From NCBI GenBank assembly GCA_002311315.1, contig DBZZ01000076.1, forward strand, positions 45,401 to 109,400: a stretch of 64,000 nt of DNA, in the 5' to 3' direction. This document shows, piece by piece, positions 30,563 to 39,778 of this stretch; the first letter of the stretch is position 1; each line of letters begins with the position of its first letter. The translations under genes and the position numbers were made by a program. The notes beneath the pieces were generated by a model. It searched no databases and had not been told where the DNA came from. It saw only the letters and a program-made list of their open reading frames with translations. The DNA comes from Methylococcaceae bacterium UBA1147 (GTDB lineage: Bacteria > Pseudomonadota > Gammaproteobacteria > Methylococcales > UBA1147).

Positions 30563-31822
30563 ATGAATCATTTTGAATACCACGATAACGAACTGTTCGC
30601 CGAACAGGTTGCGGTTCGAGAAATAGCACAACGCTTCGGAACGCCCTGCTACATTTATTCGCGAGCCACTCTAGAAAGACACTGGAAGGCCTTCGACGGT
30701 GCTTTCGCAACCCGACGTCACCTGATTTGCTACGCAGTGAAAGCCAACTCCAATCTCGCGGTTCTCAGGGTGCTTGCCCGCCTCGGATCCGGTTTTGACA
30801 TCGTTTCCGCGGGTGAACTGGCGCGGGTCATTGAAGCGGGGGGTGACCCCGACAAGATCGTTTTCTCAGGCGTCGGCAAACGCAATGACGAATTACGAAA
30901 GGCAGTGACCGCTGGAATCCGCTGTTTCAACATAGAGGTTGCGGGTGAACTAACCCGGTTGAACCAGATCGCCGGTGAAACGGCACGCAAGGCCCCGGTA
31001 TCGATTCGAGTCAACCCGGACGTTGATGCAAAAACCCATCCTTATATTGCAACCGGCCTGAAAGAAAACAAGTTTGGAATCGATTTCCGTGATGCTATCA
31101 GTGTCTACCGGCTGGCCGCAGAACTTCCCAACCTGGAAATTGTCGGCATCGATTGCCATATCGGCTCCCAACTGACCAGTGTGACTCCCTTTGTCGATGC
31201 GCTTGACCGGGTTCTCGATTTGCGCAAACAACTCATGAACCAGGGAATTTCAATTCACCACCTGGACCTGGGAGGCGGCCTCGGGATCCGCTACAAGAAC
31301 GAGAACCCGCCTGAACCAGCAACCTATGTTCAGGCCCTTTTCGACCGGTTGGGAACCGATGATGTCGAGATCCTGCTGGAACCCGGAAGGGCCATCGCCG
31401 GTAACGCCGGGATCCTGGTCACCCGGATTGAATACCTCAAACCGACGCCGGAGAGAAATTTTGCCATCGTAGACGCTGCGATGAATGACCTGTTGCGACC
31501 TGCATTGTATGATGCCTGGCAGGACATCGTCCCGGTCACCATCGAGAGATCCGTCCCTGAAATGGAATACGACATTGTTGGCCCGGTCTGCGAAACTGGA
31601 GATTTCCTCGGAAAATCGCGCAAACTGCGACTGAAAGAAGGAAATCTGCTGGCCATTCGATCTTCCGGCGCGTACGGTTTCAGCATGAGCTCGAACTATA
31701 ACTCCAGACCCCGGGCTGCCGAGGTCATGGTCGACGGGAACCAGGCTTTCCTGGTCCGTGACCGTGAGCAACTGCAGCAACTCTGGACTGGCGAACACAT
31801 CCCTGATTTTCTCCAGGACTGA
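30563..31822 (+). CDS. lysA: Diaminopimelate decarboxylase
   Basis: 419 aa with the PLP-lysine region YAVKANSNLAVL, GSGFDIVSAGEL, HIGSQL, LDLGGGLGIRY, EPGRAIAG and GPVCETGD. Confidence 0.95.
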   Translation: MNHFEYHDNELFAEQVAVREIAQRFGTPCYIYSRATLERHWKAFDGAFATRRHLICYAVKANSNLAVLRVLARLGSGFDIVSAGELARVIEAGGDPDKIVFSGVGKRNDELRKAVTAGIRCFNIEVAGELTRLNQIAGETARKAPVSIRVNPDVDAKTHPYIATGLKENKFGIDFRDAISVYRLAAELPNLEIVGIDCHIGSQLTSVTPFVDALDRVLDLRKQLMNQGISIHHLDLGGGLGIRYKNENPPEPATYVQALFDRLGTDDVEILLEPGRAIAGNAGILVTRIEYLKPTPERNFAIVDAAMNDLLRPALYDAWQDIVPVTIERSVPEMEYDIVGPVCETGDFLGKSRKLRLKEGNLLAIRSSGAYGFSMSSNYNSRPRAAEVMVDGNQAFLVRDREQLQQLWTGEHIPDFLQD

Positions 31823-31860
31823 ATCTGAAAATCCCAAGCCCAGAATCGACAACCGATCCA

Positions 31861-32691
31861 TTGAAGCTGGAATTTACAAAAATGCACGGCCTGGGCAACG
31901 ACTTCGTTGTTGTTGACGGGATCAGGCAGGTGGTGAATCTCTCTCTTGATCAGATTCAATTGCTGGCCAACCGGAATTTCGGGGTCGGATGTGACCAGAT
32001 CCTGCTAGTAGAACGTCCCGAGTCCTCGAACGCTGATTTCCGCTACCGGATTTTCAACCCCGACGGCAGCGAAGTCAGCCAGTGCGGCAACGGCGCTCGC
32101 TGTTTCGCGCGCTTTGTGCTGGACAAGAAGCTCACCAGCAATCCGGAAATTACGGTGGACACCAATGCCGGTCAACTAGTACTGCAGGTGGGGGAAAACG
32201 ATGATATCCAAGTCAACATGGGCATTCCGCGACACGAACCTGATGAAATCCCCCTTAGAGTGGCCACCAGATCGATGCACTACGAAACAAGGCTCGGCGA
32301 TCAAGATATCACCTTTGGCGCGGTTTCACTTGGAAACCCACACGCCGTCATCCTGGTCGACAAAGTCCGAACGGCTCCGGTTGAACAACTTGGTCGGCAA
32401 CTCGAAAGCCATGAAATGTTTCCACAACGGGTCAACGCGGGCTTCATGGAAGTTGTTGATCGGCACCGTGCCCGACTCAGGGTATTCGAACGGGGTGCCG
32501 GCGAAACGCTGGCTTGCGGTAGCGGGGCTTGCGCAGCCGCGGTGGTGGGCATTGAACAGAAACTGCTGGAGAACCCGGTAAGAATTGACCTGCCTGGTGG
32601 ACCACTCATGATATCGTGGGGCGGCTACGGACAGCCAGTTTATATGACAGGCCCTGCCATCAGCGTTTTTGAAGGAAGGATCGAATTATGA
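31861..32691 (+). CDS. dapF: Diaminopimelate epimerase
   Basis: FTKMHGLGNDFVVVDG and both catalytic Cys motifs (SQCGNGARCFARF and TLACGSGACAAAV). Confidence 0.95.
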   Translation: MKLEFTKMHGLGNDFVVVDGIRQVVNLSLDQIQLLANRNFGVGCDQILLVERPESSNADFRYRIFNPDGSEVSQCGNGARCFARFVLDKKLTSNPEITVDTNAGQLVLQVGENDDIQVNMGIPRHEPDEIPLRVATRSMHYETRLGDQDITFGAVSLGNPHAVILVDKVRTAPVEQLGRQLESHEMFPQRVNAGFMEVVDRHRARLRVFERGAGETLACGSGACAAAVVGIEQKLLENPVRIDLPGGPLMISWGGYGQPVYMTGPAISVFEGRIEL

Positions 32692-33392
32692 AGCAAGCAG
32701 AAATTTCCAAAGACGAAAATGAAGGGGTTACAGCCGAACAGGTGAAGACCTACCTGTCACAACACCCGGGGTTTTTTGCCAATCATGAAGAACTGCTGCA
32801 AAACCTGAGCATCCCGCATCATTCCGGTTCTGCGGTTTCCCTGATCGAGAAGCAACTACACCTTTACCGGGAAAAGAACGAAAAACAGTTGCAGAAACTC
32901 AACCTGTTGGTGCATATCGCGCGGGAAAATGACGACCTGTTCCAGAAAATGCACAAGTTGACCCTCTCCCTGATGGACGCAAGTGACCTGGAGAACACCA
33001 TGGCAAGCCTGCAGTCTGTCCTGCACGACGAATTCAAGGCCGATTTCGTCTCACTGCGCATCCTGCAGAAAAACAGAGACTTTCCCCTAGCTGAAGTTTT
33101 CGTCGCTTCTTCGGACCCGCGGCTGGATTCTTTCCGAAAAGTGATTGATTCCGGACGCCCAAAATGCGGAGAATCGGTATCGAAACAGGGAGCGTTTCTG
33201 TTCGGGGACAACGGCGACCTGATCAAATCCTCTGCAATCATTCCCTTTGCCGCATCCGGTGTTTCAGGTCTGCTCGGAATCGGTAGCCTAGACGTTGAAC
33301 GCTTCCTACCCACCATGGGACAGATGTTCCTGACCCAAATTGGTGAACTGGTCGCATACCGCCTGAACGCCATCCTGGGTAGCGGAAGTTAA
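32688..33392 (+). CDS. DUF484 (YigA-like) protein
   Basis: Its position between dapF and xerC is as in E. coli yigA. The start overlaps the dapF stop (ATGA). The N-terminus VKTYLSQHPGFFANHEELL is typical of the family. Confidence 0.8.
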   Translation: MKQAEISKDENEGVTAEQVKTYLSQHPGFFANHEELLQNLSIPHHSGSAVSLIEKQLHLYREKNEKQLQKLNLLVHIARENDDLFQKMHKLTLSLMDASDLENTMASLQSVLHDEFKADFVSLRILQKNRDFPLAEVFVASSDPRLDSFRKVIDSGRPKCGESVSKQGAFLFGDNGDLIKSSAIIPFAASGVSGLLGIGSLDVERFLPTMGQMFLTQIGELVAYRLNAILGSGS

Positions 33393-33400
33393 CCCTTCGC

Positions 33401-34303
33401 GTGTCCTCGACCCTGAACCCGCTGCTGGAACGGTATATCGACCAGCTCCGTTACGAACGCCGAGCATCGCCGCATACCCTCAGTGCCTACCGCCGCGACC
33501 TTTCAAAACTGGCCAGGTTCTGTGAAGAATCGAAGATCCCGACCTGGCAGAAACTGAAAGCACACCACATCCAGAAGCACATCACAGCTGAATTCCGAAA
33601 GGGGCTGGGAAGCCGCAGCCTACAACGTGAGCTTTCATCGATCCGCGGGTTCCTGCAGTTTCTTGGCCAGAACAACGAAATTGATGACAACCCGGCAAAT
33701 TACGTCCGGGCGCCCAAGGCGGCAAACAGGCTACCCAGAACTCTCGATGTGGATCAGGTCGCCGGATTAATGCAAGGCAGCCCGGGTTCCGTCCTCGAAA
33801 AACGGGACCTTGCCATGTGGGAACTGTTTTACTCCTCGGGCCTGCGTCTATCCGAAATGGTCAATCTGAACATTGAGGACGTTGACCTCGAACAGGGATC
33901 TCTGCTGGTGAAACACGGCAAGGGAGGGAAGGACAGGATTCTGCCCGTGGGCCGCTGTGCAATCGATGCAGTACGAATTTGGTTGCGGGTCCGGCAATCC
34001 ATTGGCTCAGACGAAACCACTGCGCTCTTTATCAGCAGAAACGGAAATCGCCTTTCGGCGCGAAGCGTTCAGTCCAGGCTAACCAACTGGTGCCTAAAAC
34101 ACGGGCTACCGGAAAAGATTCATCCCCACATGCTCAGGCATTCTTTTGCCAGTCACCTGTTGCAGGGAAGCGGCGATTTAAGGGCTGTTCAGGAACTTCT
34201 AGGACACAGTAACATCAGCACCACGCAAATCTATACACACCTTGATTTCGCCCACCTGTCCAGCGTTTACGACAAGGCCCACCCGCGAGCCAAGAAGAAA
34301 TAA
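33401..34303 (+). CDS. xerC: Site-specific tyrosine recombinase XerC
   Basis: 300 aa. The catalytic region is HMLRHSFASHLLQGSGDLRAVQELLGHSNISTTQIYTHL. Upstream Arg box ELFYSSGLRLSEM. Synteny with dapF supports the call. Confidence 0.9.
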   Translation: MSSTLNPLLERYIDQLRYERRASPHTLSAYRRDLSKLARFCEESKIPTWQKLKAHHIQKHITAEFRKGLGSRSLQRELSSIRGFLQFLGQNNEIDDNPANYVRAPKAANRLPRTLDVDQVAGLMQGSPGSVLEKRDLAMWELFYSSGLRLSEMVNLNIEDVDLEQGSLLVKHGKGGKDRILPVGRCAIDAVRIWLRVRQSIGSDETTALFISRNGNRLSARSVQSRLTNWCLKHGLPEKIHPHMLRHSFASHLLQGSGDLRAVQELLGHSNISTTQIYTHLDFAHLSSVYDKAHPRAKKK

Positions 34304-34624
34304 GTCCAGCCATCTGCCAGATGAACTGATTTTCCGGATCAGCACAATGTGTAACATGTTGCCTGTTACGCAGAAACACCGAATTGGAAAAAAGCACTAC
34401 CATCGTCGTTTATGCACCCAACCAATGCTTAGAGACGCTCTAGAGCAATATAACCTCAGTCAGAACAACAGCGTGGCGACCTAAAATTTGTTAAGCTATG
34501 CGGCATTCAGCCCCATGATCAAAGGGCGGTCGTACTCCCAGCCCACCATAGATGCAGTTCATCCAGGGATACCAATCAGGATTCCTGACAGGAATCGACC
34601 AGATAACAGAAAACGGACAAAAAA

Positions 34625-35659
34625 ATGGTCAAGCAAAAAGTAACAAAGAGTTGGCAAGAATCGATCTCCAAAGAACAGCCTAAACCCAATCCGAGGAAGA
34701 AAGGAGGCAAGCTCAAATGGATGGTGCTTACTCCAGTTTGTCTCTTGCTGATTGTTTATCTCGCATATGTCGCCTATATCAGCGAACCACCGGATCAATT
34801 TAACGTTTTAGACAAAGCGCTCGAATCAGCCGGCGTTGAAACCCTGGGGCAACTGACAAACGGTTACATCTTCGGTAATACCCTGGCCATGATCGGCCAA
34901 ACCCTGCTGCACAAAAAAGGCGGTTACCTGTCCAATGATGTATTCCCGGGGCCACTGATTGACAACATGCCGTCCTGGGAATACGGTGCCATCGTCATGC
35001 TGCGTGACGGCACATCGGCCCTGAGAAATCATTTCGGACGCTCACAATCACAATCAAGGGAAAATGCCGACTTGTCGAGAGCCGAGCCATACTTCTACAA
35101 CCTCCATGATTCCTACATGTTTCCTGCCACCGAGGTTGAATACGGTGCAGGTATCGAACACCTTCAGAACTATCTGAGAGACCTAAACCTACGAGGCAGG
35201 AACGCGGAATTCTTTGCCCGGGCCGACAACCTGGACAATTATCTGCAGGCAGTCCTCAAGAGACTGGGGGATTATTCGTTCCGGCTGACCGCAAGCTCCA
35301 TTCAAACGGAAAGATACATAGAGAATGTAGACGGCCGGAACGTTGTCGTGGCCAAGACTCCCTGGACAGATGTCGACGATGTATTCTGGGAGGCCAGGGG
35401 TGCGACCTGGGCGCTACTGCACATCTTCAGGGCCATCGAAGCCGATTTTTCGGCCACGCTGAAAAGCAAGGCAGCCGATGCAACCATGACCCAGATCATC
35501 CAGGAACTTGAAGACTCCCAGGCTGCAACCCTTAGCCCGGTTATTCTCAATGGCGATGGCTTTGGGCTGTTTGCAAACTATTCACTGACCCTAGCGAACC
35601 ACATCGCCAGAGCCACCGCTGCCACGATTGACCTGCGTGAACTGATGCTCAGAGGTTAA
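34625..35659 (+). CDS. Conserved hypothetical N-terminally anchored protein (DUF2333-like)
   Basis: 344 aa with a basic N-terminus, one TM helix (MVLTPVCLLLIVYLAYVAYI) and a soluble body. The family name is from memory only. Confidence 0.5.
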   Translation: MVKQKVTKSWQESISKEQPKPNPRKKGGKLKWMVLTPVCLLLIVYLAYVAYISEPPDQFNVLDKALESAGVETLGQLTNGYIFGNTLAMIGQTLLHKKGGYLSNDVFPGPLIDNMPSWEYGAIVMLRDGTSALRNHFGRSQSQSRENADLSRAEPYFYNLHDSYMFPATEVEYGAGIEHLQNYLRDLNLRGRNAEFFARADNLDNYLQAVLKRLGDYSFRLTASSIQTERYIENVDGRNVVVAKTPWTDVDDVFWEARGATWALLHIFRAIEADFSATLKSKAADATMTQIIQELEDSQAATLSPVILNGDGFGLFANYSLTLANHIARATAATIDLRELMLRG

Positions 35660-35662
35660 AGC

Positions 35663-35956
35663 TTGGCTGAACAGACCGAGGTCCAGACCAACCTGAAGAA
35701 GATTGGAACCTGGCAACGAATTTTCTTCATGCTGATCTTCGCAGTCATTCTGGGGCTGGTGCGGATCCTGTTGTGGGCCGTTGTGCTGCTGCAGGTTGTT
35801 TCCAGCCTGATGACCGGCTCCGCAAACCCCAACGTACTGACACTAGGCCGAACGCTTGCGGCATACGTATACAACATCCTGCTTTTTCTCACCTACAACT
35901 CGGATGAAATGCCCTTTCCGTTCGCCGACTGGAACAGCCACAGTACCCCGAATTAG
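35663..35956 (+). CDS. Small two-TM membrane protein (DUF4389-like)
   Basis: 97 aa with WQRIFFMLIFAVILGLVRILLWAVVLLQVV and a second hydrophobic segment. It starts 4 nt after the preceding gene, which suggests an operon. Confidence 0.5.
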   Translation: MAEQTEVQTNLKKIGTWQRIFFMLIFAVILGLVRILLWAVVLLQVVSSLMTGSANPNVLTLGRTLAAYVYNILLFLTYNSDEMPFPFADWNSHSTPN

Positions 35957-36462
35957 CTTTGTTCCAGTACTTCTCGCAAGTAACGATAGAGAGCCCTGGT
36001 TGCGTGTGGATCTTTGTCCTGAGCACCTTCCTTCCTGGCCTTCCTGACAAGCTGCCGGAGTCTTTGTCGATCAACCGTCGGGGCTTCATCCACCAAGTCG
36101 CCAATTGCACTATCGCCATCCTCTAGTAGCCGCTCACGCCAGTTTTCTAGCCGGTGGTGATGACGGATCTCGCGGTTGCTCTGCATCTTCAATGCAGCCA
36201 GGCTTTCACGGACCGGATGAGCATCCATCACCCGCAGCAAGCCGCCGATAAACTTGATCTGGCGCTTCAATGCGCTCCCTCCACTGATCCTGCGGGCATG
36301 GTCGACTGCGCTCCTGAGTTCAGGGTCGAGTTGCAGGCTATCCAGTTCTCTTGGCGATAGCTGGCTGAGTGTCCGACCTAGTTTCTGAAGATCCGTGCTT
36401 TGCTTCTTTAAACTGGTCTTGCTGACCTCCACCCGGGTTTCAGCTTCATCCGATTCCATCAT
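35953..36462 (-). CDS. yjgA: Ribosome-associated protein YjgA/DarP (DUF615)
   Basis: KTSLKKQSTDLQKLGRTLSQLSPRELDSLQLDPELRSAVDHARRISGGSALKRQIKFIGGLLR matches the YjgA family pattern. Confidence 0.8.
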   Translation of the reverse strand: MMESDEAETRVEVSKTSLKKQSTDLQKLGRTLSQLSPRELDSLQLDPELRSAVDHARRISGGSALKRQIKFIGGLLRVMDAHPVRESLAALKMQSNREIRHHHRLENWRERLLEDGDSAIGDLVDEAPTVDRQRLRQLVRKARKEGAQDKDPHATRALYRYLREVLEQS

Positions 36463-36481
36463 CCGCGGCCAGCTTGCGCCA

Positions 36482-36670
36482 TCAGGTCATTGCAACCAGG
36501 AAAACCACGAAAGCAACCACCAGCACGACAGGAACGAGAAACGCGGGCCAGTCGGCCTGTGCCTCCCTGCTCCTTTCCAGTGAAGCCTTTATCCCCGGTC
36601 TGAACCAGAAAATGATCAACAGTGCAGCTGCACCGTATAGAATGAACTCCCAAGTTGATGGTTGCTCCAT
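36482..36670 (-). CDS. Small hypothetical membrane protein (2 TM helices)
   Basis: MEQPSTWEFILYGAAALLIIFWFRPGIKASLERSREAQADWPAFLVPVVLVVAFVVFLVAMT. It is co-directional with and just upstream of yjgA. I see no family assignment. Confidence 0.4.
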   Translation of the reverse strand: MEQPSTWEFILYGAAALLIIFWFRPGIKASLERSREAQADWPAFLVPVVLVVAFVVFLVAMT

Positions 36671-37171
36671 GAAACCCGTCCCACACCTCGTTTCGTAATG
36701 CGCCAATTCTAGCACCGAAAAGCCGGTCCAGGCCGAAATACCCGTGCTCGGGTTGCTCCATCGCCAGTTTGATCATCAAGTTTATCGAGTGATCGACATG
36801 ATCTGGAAAAAAGGAGGTTTAAAAACAACGAGGCGAAGTATTCTGGCCGCCGCCGGCTCAATCGGATCGAAAGCTAGTCCGCAGTGACGAGTAAAGAAAT
36901 ACTGAAACAGGGATGATATCAAGTCTTGCAAGAACAGGTTTTACCGGATCGACAGCACCCAGGCAGAAAACCCTGACCGCACGAGCCTCTGCAGTCATGG
37001 ACATTGGTTAGGGCAAACCCTAGTATAGAACTTGTGGAATAGTCGCCATACCCTGCAAGCAAATGGGCAGGTCGAGGGGCGTAAAGAGATTGGCTTCGTT
37101 GCCTGCCGCTGGTTGACCGGCAAAAGAACAGTTCCCCGAATACTCGCCCAAACAAAGCAATTACCGGACAC

Positions 37172-37696
37172 ATGTCACAAGCCGATGCGTCCCAGAACAA
37201 ACAGATTGGAAAATGGATGATCTACGCTGCATGGGTACTATTGCTGGTCATGCTGACCCTGTTCTTCGAAGGTCGACTGGAAAGGCAATACAACCCGAAC
37301 ATTGCCTTGCAGGCAAGTAACAGTTCGGATACCCCTTCGCAGGTCACGCTGGAAATGAACCGTTTCGGTCACTACGTCACGTCCGGCACGATCAACGGGC
37401 AAACCGTCACCTTTCTCGTTGATACCGGAGCAACCAGGATCAGTATTCCAGGGAATGTAGCGAGGCAACTTGATTTGAAGCGCGGTGTACCGCATCGGGT
37501 CATGACAGCCAACGGGTCAATTACCGTTTACAGCACCTTCCTTGAGCGGGTCGCCATCGGTCCCCTCGAAATGAGAAACCTACAGGGCCATGTGAACCCG
37601 CACATGGGAGGCCAGGAAATCCTGCTGGGCATGAATTTTCTCAAGAGCCTGGAAATGACCCAGCGAGCCAACCGGCTGATCCTCAAGAAACTCTGA
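37172..37696 (+). CDS. Retropepsin-like (clan AA) aspartic protease, membrane-anchored (TIGR02281-like)
   Basis: N-terminal TM helix WMIYAAWVLLLVMLTLFF. Active-site motif FLVDTGATRISIP. Family-typical end LLGMNFLKSLEMTQRANRLIL. Confidence 0.75.
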   Translation: MSQADASQNKQIGKWMIYAAWVLLLVMLTLFFEGRLERQYNPNIALQASNSSDTPSQVTLEMNRFGHYVTSGTINGQTVTFLVDTGATRISIPGNVARQLDLKRGVPHRVMTANGSITVYSTFLERVAIGPLEMRNLQGHVNPHMGGQEILLGMNFLKSLEMTQRANRLILKKL

Positions 37697-37760
37697 CCCA
37701 GCGTGTGACATTTACCGAGCTTGCCACGATAATAAACGGTTTTCCAGAAAAACAAGGGTC

Positions 37761-38678
37761 ATGTGGTTCAAAAATTTAGTCCTCTTCCGTTTTTCGGAAC
37801 CCTTCCAGCTCTTAGAGCCGGATCTAGAACAGCGTCTTTCCACCCTGGACTTCCGTGCCTGCGGTGCACTGGAGTCATCCACCATTGGCTGGGTTCCCCC
37901 TCTCGGCCAAGGCGTCGAAAACCGGGTCCATACAGCCAATGGATTCATGATGTTGTGCGCATGCAAGGAGGAGAAGGTTCTTCCTGCGGCTGTAATCAAC
38001 GAGACTCTTGGCGAACGAATCTTGGAAATAGAACAGAAGGAGCAACGGCAGGTCCGCCGAAAGGAACGTGAGGGTCTGCGTGACGAAATCACCTTCGAAT
38101 TGTTGCCGCGGGCACTGAGTTTCAGCCGGCGCACCTACGGATACATCGATCCACGAGGCCAATGGCTGGTCATTGATGCCGCAAGCGCCAACACTGCAGA
38201 CGCATTCACCGGACTGCTCAGGCGCTCGCTTGGCAGCCTTCCCATCGCCCCCCCTCGAACCCTGGAAAGGCCAGTCGCCACGATGACCCGCTGGCTTTCA
38301 AAGAAAAACTGTCCCGGGGATCTGGCGGTAGGCAGCGAATGCGACCTGCGTGCCACCAAGCAGGAAAAGAACATGGTCCGCTACAGGGGACAGGATCTGT
38401 TTTCCAGGGAAATCGACACCCATATGGACGCCGGAAAAGAATGCATCAAACTCGGACTCACCTGGAATGACCGTTTCAGCTTCACACTCGACGAAGACCT
38501 GAACATCAAGAAACTGCGATTCCTCGACCTGATCCAGGAACAGGCGGAAGACATTGACAGTGATGCCAGCGCCGACCTTTTCGATGCCCACTTTGCCATC
38601 ATGACTTTGGAACTTTCATCCTTCCTGCCCAGGCTCCTCGAACTTTTCGGTGGCGAAGCCCCTCAAAGGAATCATTAA
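37761..38678 (+). CDS. rdgC: Recombination-associated protein RdgC
   Basis: MWFKNLVLFRF...FRACGALESSTIGWVPPLG, 305 aa, typical RdgC length and N-terminus. Confidence 0.9.
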   Translation: MWFKNLVLFRFSEPFQLLEPDLEQRLSTLDFRACGALESSTIGWVPPLGQGVENRVHTANGFMMLCACKEEKVLPAAVINETLGERILEIEQKEQRQVRRKEREGLRDEITFELLPRALSFSRRTYGYIDPRGQWLVIDAASANTADAFTGLLRRSLGSLPIAPPRTLERPVATMTRWLSKKNCPGDLAVGSECDLRATKQEKNMVRYRGQDLFSREIDTHMDAGKECIKLGLTWNDRFSFTLDEDLNIKKLRFLDLIQEQAEDIDSDASADLFDAHFAIMTLELSSFLPRLLELFGGEAPQRNH

Positions 38679-38691
38679 CCGGGGAAAGAGG

Positions 38692-39693
38692 ATGACAACG
38701 GATGTTGAACATCAGATGATGAAGTCGATGTCCATGACAGTCTGCAGGATCCTACTTCTCTACTCGATCGGTTTTAGCGCGGCTTGCGAAACCTTTACGC
38801 TACCGCCTGTAGACCTGGACCTGATCGGTTCCATGGGATATACCCACGCGGCCGATGCAGACACTCTATTGGACATCGCCAGGCATTTCGATCTAGGCAA
38901 CAATGAAATCACCAATGCCAATCCGGGGGTAGATCGATGGTTGCCGGGGGAAAAGACCCTGGTATTCCTCCCCAAGCGATATATCCTGCCGGATGCCAGG
39001 CGCTCGGGCCTCGTTCTCAATGTATCGGAAATGCGAATGTACTATTTTCCGAAAGCTCGCAAGAATCAAGCACCAGAGGTAATGACCTACCCCATGAGCG
39101 TCGGACGTATGGACTGGACTACGCCTCTTGGGATGACCCGGGTTGTCGGTAAGAAGAAAGATCCGACCTGGACGCCGCCGGAGTCGATCAAGGCCGAACA
39201 CGCTACCAATGGCGACCCACTGCCCAATGTGGTTCCGGCTGGCCCTGATAACCCGCTTGGCCGATATGCCATCCGGCTCGGGATCCCGGGATACCTTATT
39301 CACAGCACCAACAAGCCCTACGGCATCGGTATGCGTGTTTCCCACGGATGCATCCGAATGTATCCGGAAGATATCGAAAAACTTTTTCCCGGGGTCAGGG
39401 TTGGCACCCGGGTCAACATCATCGATCAGCCGGTAAAGATCGGCTGGTTCGCTGACATGCTGTACGTGGAAGCACATCCCCCACTCGAGGAGAACAGGAT
39501 CACTGACAAGGAGGCGGTGGAAGAAACCCTTGCAAGAATCGCAGACCAACACCCGATGGGAATATTGCACCTCGACAGGGAAATAGTGGGAAGCGTGATC
39601 AGGGAACGGCGCGGAACCCCTGTTGTCGTTTCCCGAAAACCGAGTCCCCAGGAACGAGAAAACCCGGCACAAGAAACTGTAACCAGTCTATAG
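38692..39693 (+). CDS. L,D-transpeptidase (YkuD/ErfK family) with an N-terminal LysM-like segment
   Basis: The catalytic motif is YLIHSTNKPYGIGMRVSHGCIRMYPEDIEKLF. The signal peptide is MKSMSMTVCRILLLYSIGFSAAC. The start is uncertain (38692-38719). Confidence 0.85.
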   Translation: MTTDVEHQMMKSMSMTVCRILLLYSIGFSAACETFTLPPVDLDLIGSMGYTHAADADTLLDIARHFDLGNNEITNANPGVDRWLPGEKTLVFLPKRYILPDARRSGLVLNVSEMRMYYFPKARKNQAPEVMTYPMSVGRMDWTTPLGMTRVVGKKKDPTWTPPESIKAEHATNGDPLPNVVPAGPDNPLGRYAIRLGIPGYLIHSTNKPYGIGMRVSHGCIRMYPEDIEKLFPGVRVGTRVNIIDQPVKIGWFADMLYVEAHPPLEENRITDKEAVEETLARIADQHPMGILHLDREIVGSVIRERRGTPVVVSRKPSPQERENPAQETVTSL

Positions 39694-39778
39694 CCTCAAT
39701 CGCCCGGTTACTTTTCTCTGGCTTGCCCTGGCAGATCCTGCCCCCGGAATCCTGTTTCCAGTCACCTCCGCGACTCAA

